Assembly (NCBI GenBank): GCA_028711415.1
Contig: JAQTSG010000002.1
Span: forward strand, 1-51,442
Origin: Patescibacteria group bacterium
GTDB taxonomy: Bacteria > Patescibacteriota > Patescibacteriia > Patescibacteriales > JAQTRU01
Direction of reading: 5' to 3'
Length of the DNA stretch: 51,442 nt
Part shown: in pieces, positions 50,355-51,442 of the stretch
Layout: each line of letters starts with the position of its first letter
Numbering within the stretch: position 1 is the stretch's first letter
The notes under the pieces: model-generated
The model's input: only the letters and a program-made list of their open reading frames with translations
Databases searched by the model: none
What the model was told of the DNA's origin: nothing
Made by a program: the position numbers and the translations under genes

Positions 50355-51053
50355 ATGAAAGTTATAATTTTATCAGCCGGCAGATCGCCAAGGTTATTGC
50401 CTTTAACAAAAGATATGCCCCAATCAATGCTTAAAGTCGGGCAAAAAACTATTCTAGGGAGGCATATTGAAATTCTACAAAAGGCGGGTTTTAACGTTTC
50501 TGATATTATTGTCGTTACCGGCTACCTGTCAGAAAAATTAGATAAATTTTGCGCAAAGTTCGGGGTTAAAACTCTGTTTAATCCCTTTTATGATGTTTCC
50601 GGCATAGCCCTTAGTTGCTGGGCGGCTAAGGAAGAGTTAAAAAACGGTTTCATTTTTATGTATTCGGACATTTTTTTTGACCAGGGGGCAATCGATGGGT
50701 TATTAAGAATAAAAGAAGATATATGTTTAGCCATCAAAAAAAATGGCCTTAGGGAAGAGGCGGAAAAGGTAGCGGAAAGTCAAGGATTAATTAAAGAAAT
50801 CAGCAAAACCATCAGCAATCAAGGAAACGGAGAATTTATCGGTATGGCAAAATTTTCAGAAATCGGCGCTAAAAAATTTATTGATAAATTAGAACAGGTA
50901 GCTAAAATTGATATCAATTCTCCTTTTATAAGCGTGATTTCCGCTCTCTTAGAAGAAGGTGAAAAAATAGCGGCTTATGATATTCAAAGCGCAAAATTTA
51001 TTGATATAGATTTTCCGGAGGATTTAAAAAGAGCCGAGCAGTTATTTCTTTAA
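50355..51053 (+). CDS. LicC/MobA-like sugar- or phospho-alcohol nucleotidyltransferase
   Basis: MKVIILSAGRSPRLLPLTKDMPQSMLKVGQKTIL N-terminal NTP-transferase motif. About 230 aa, like LicC-type cytidylyltransferases. Confidence 0.65.
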   Translation: MKVIILSAGRSPRLLPLTKDMPQSMLKVGQKTILGRHIEILQKAGFNVSDIIVVTGYLSEKLDKFCAKFGVKTLFNPFYDVSGIALSCWAAKEELKNGFIFMYSDIFFDQGAIDGLLRIKEDICLAIKKNGLREEAEKVAESQGLIKEISKTISNQGNGEFIGMAKFSEIGAKKFIDKLEQVAKIDINSPFISVISALLEEGEKIAAYDIQSAKFIDIDFPEDLKRAEQLFL

Positions 51054-51061
51054 AAATATTT

Positions 51062-51442
51062 ATGCTTAAATTTACAGAAAAAATTTCTAATTTAATCCAT
51101 AAATCTCTAAGAAACCCTAAAAAATTTCTTCTGCTTATGGTTGAATTTAAAAAAATTATTATTTTAAATATGGCCATCAAAAAAGCGCGCCGTGACAAGA
51201 GGGTGGTTGTATTGGTTGAATTAAGGTCAACCAATGAATTTTTTTTCTTAAAACCAGTTTTAGAAATTTTACATAAAAATAAGGCACTAATGATTTTTAT
51301 GTCGCATGGCCGGTTTACGGAGCAAAGCCGGCTTTATTATTCTTTACGCAATCTAATTAAGTCTGCCTTTAGCCGTCAGACTCCCGCTCTGGTTAGTCTA
51401 TTTTGGAAAAATAGTTTTAATTATTTGGATTTTTATATCAAT
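51062..51442 (+). CDS. 3'-truncated ORF of unknown function (runs off the window), not in the ORF track
   Basis: Manual translation from the ATG at 51062 gives 127 codons with no stop (MLKFTEKISNLIHKSLRNPKKF...VVVLVELRSTNEFFFLKPVLEIL...). The N-terminus carries a degenerate copy of the ATTTCTAAT leader. The antisense ORF 50998-51234 is rejected. Confidence 0.5.
   Translation, partial: MLKFTEKISNLIHKSLRNPKKFLLLMVEFKKIIILNMAIKKARRDKRVVVLVELRSTNEFFFLKPVLEILHKNKALMIFMSHGRFTEQSRLYYSLRNLIKSAFSRQTPALVSLFWKNSFNYLDFYIN

Overview
AT-rich window (roughly mid-30s % GC by eye) with about 50 tightly packed genes, all on the + strand. Every minus-strand ORF in the track looks like a shadow ORF. TGA is used as a stop, including three ATGA start/stop overlaps, so the standard bacterial code applies. 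The gene content is consistent with a small-genome Patescibacteria/CPR-like bacterium, but this placement is inference only. Layout: (1) a 5'-truncated PKD-domain surface protein and a four-gene type IV pilin/pseudopilin operon (1283-3832). (2) Housekeeping genes ligA, gatC and gatA, interrupted by selfish-looking material: a GxxExxY/PD-(D/E)xK gene flanked by AACGAAT repeats, and a GIY-YIG gene between 69-nt perfect direct repeats derived from tRNA-Ser(GGA). (3) A surface-glycan super-cluster of about 38 kb (9386-47808). It holds gmd, GT4/GT2/GT-C glycosyltransferases, a GtrA-like half protein, four radical SAM enzymes, methyltransferases, a deacetylase, an MsbA/PglK-like ABC exporter, a pseudaminic-acid-like nonulosonic acid pathway (PseB, PseC, NeuB-like synthase, cytidylyltransferase, formyltransferase, WbqC, Fem-like transferase), a KpsS-like protein and a TagD-like cytidylyltransferase. 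A beta-helix/CotH/VTC/DUF4956 module is embedded in it. (4) phnDCE plus a LicC-like nucleotidyltransferase. The least explained signal is at nucleotide level. An inverted-repeat pair, CCCCGTTAGAAAT ... ATTTCTAACGGGG, brackets the 5' region of at least five unrelated genes. It carries a near-identical start-codon leader (MEKKxxKISNGV) fused in-frame to a ligase, a dehydratase and an oxidoreductase. Further oddities are GC-rich palindromic micro-insertions kept in-frame inside ligA and a cytidylyltransferase, and intergenic spacers built from tandem heptamers. No CRISPR array, rRNA, integrase or transposase was recognised.
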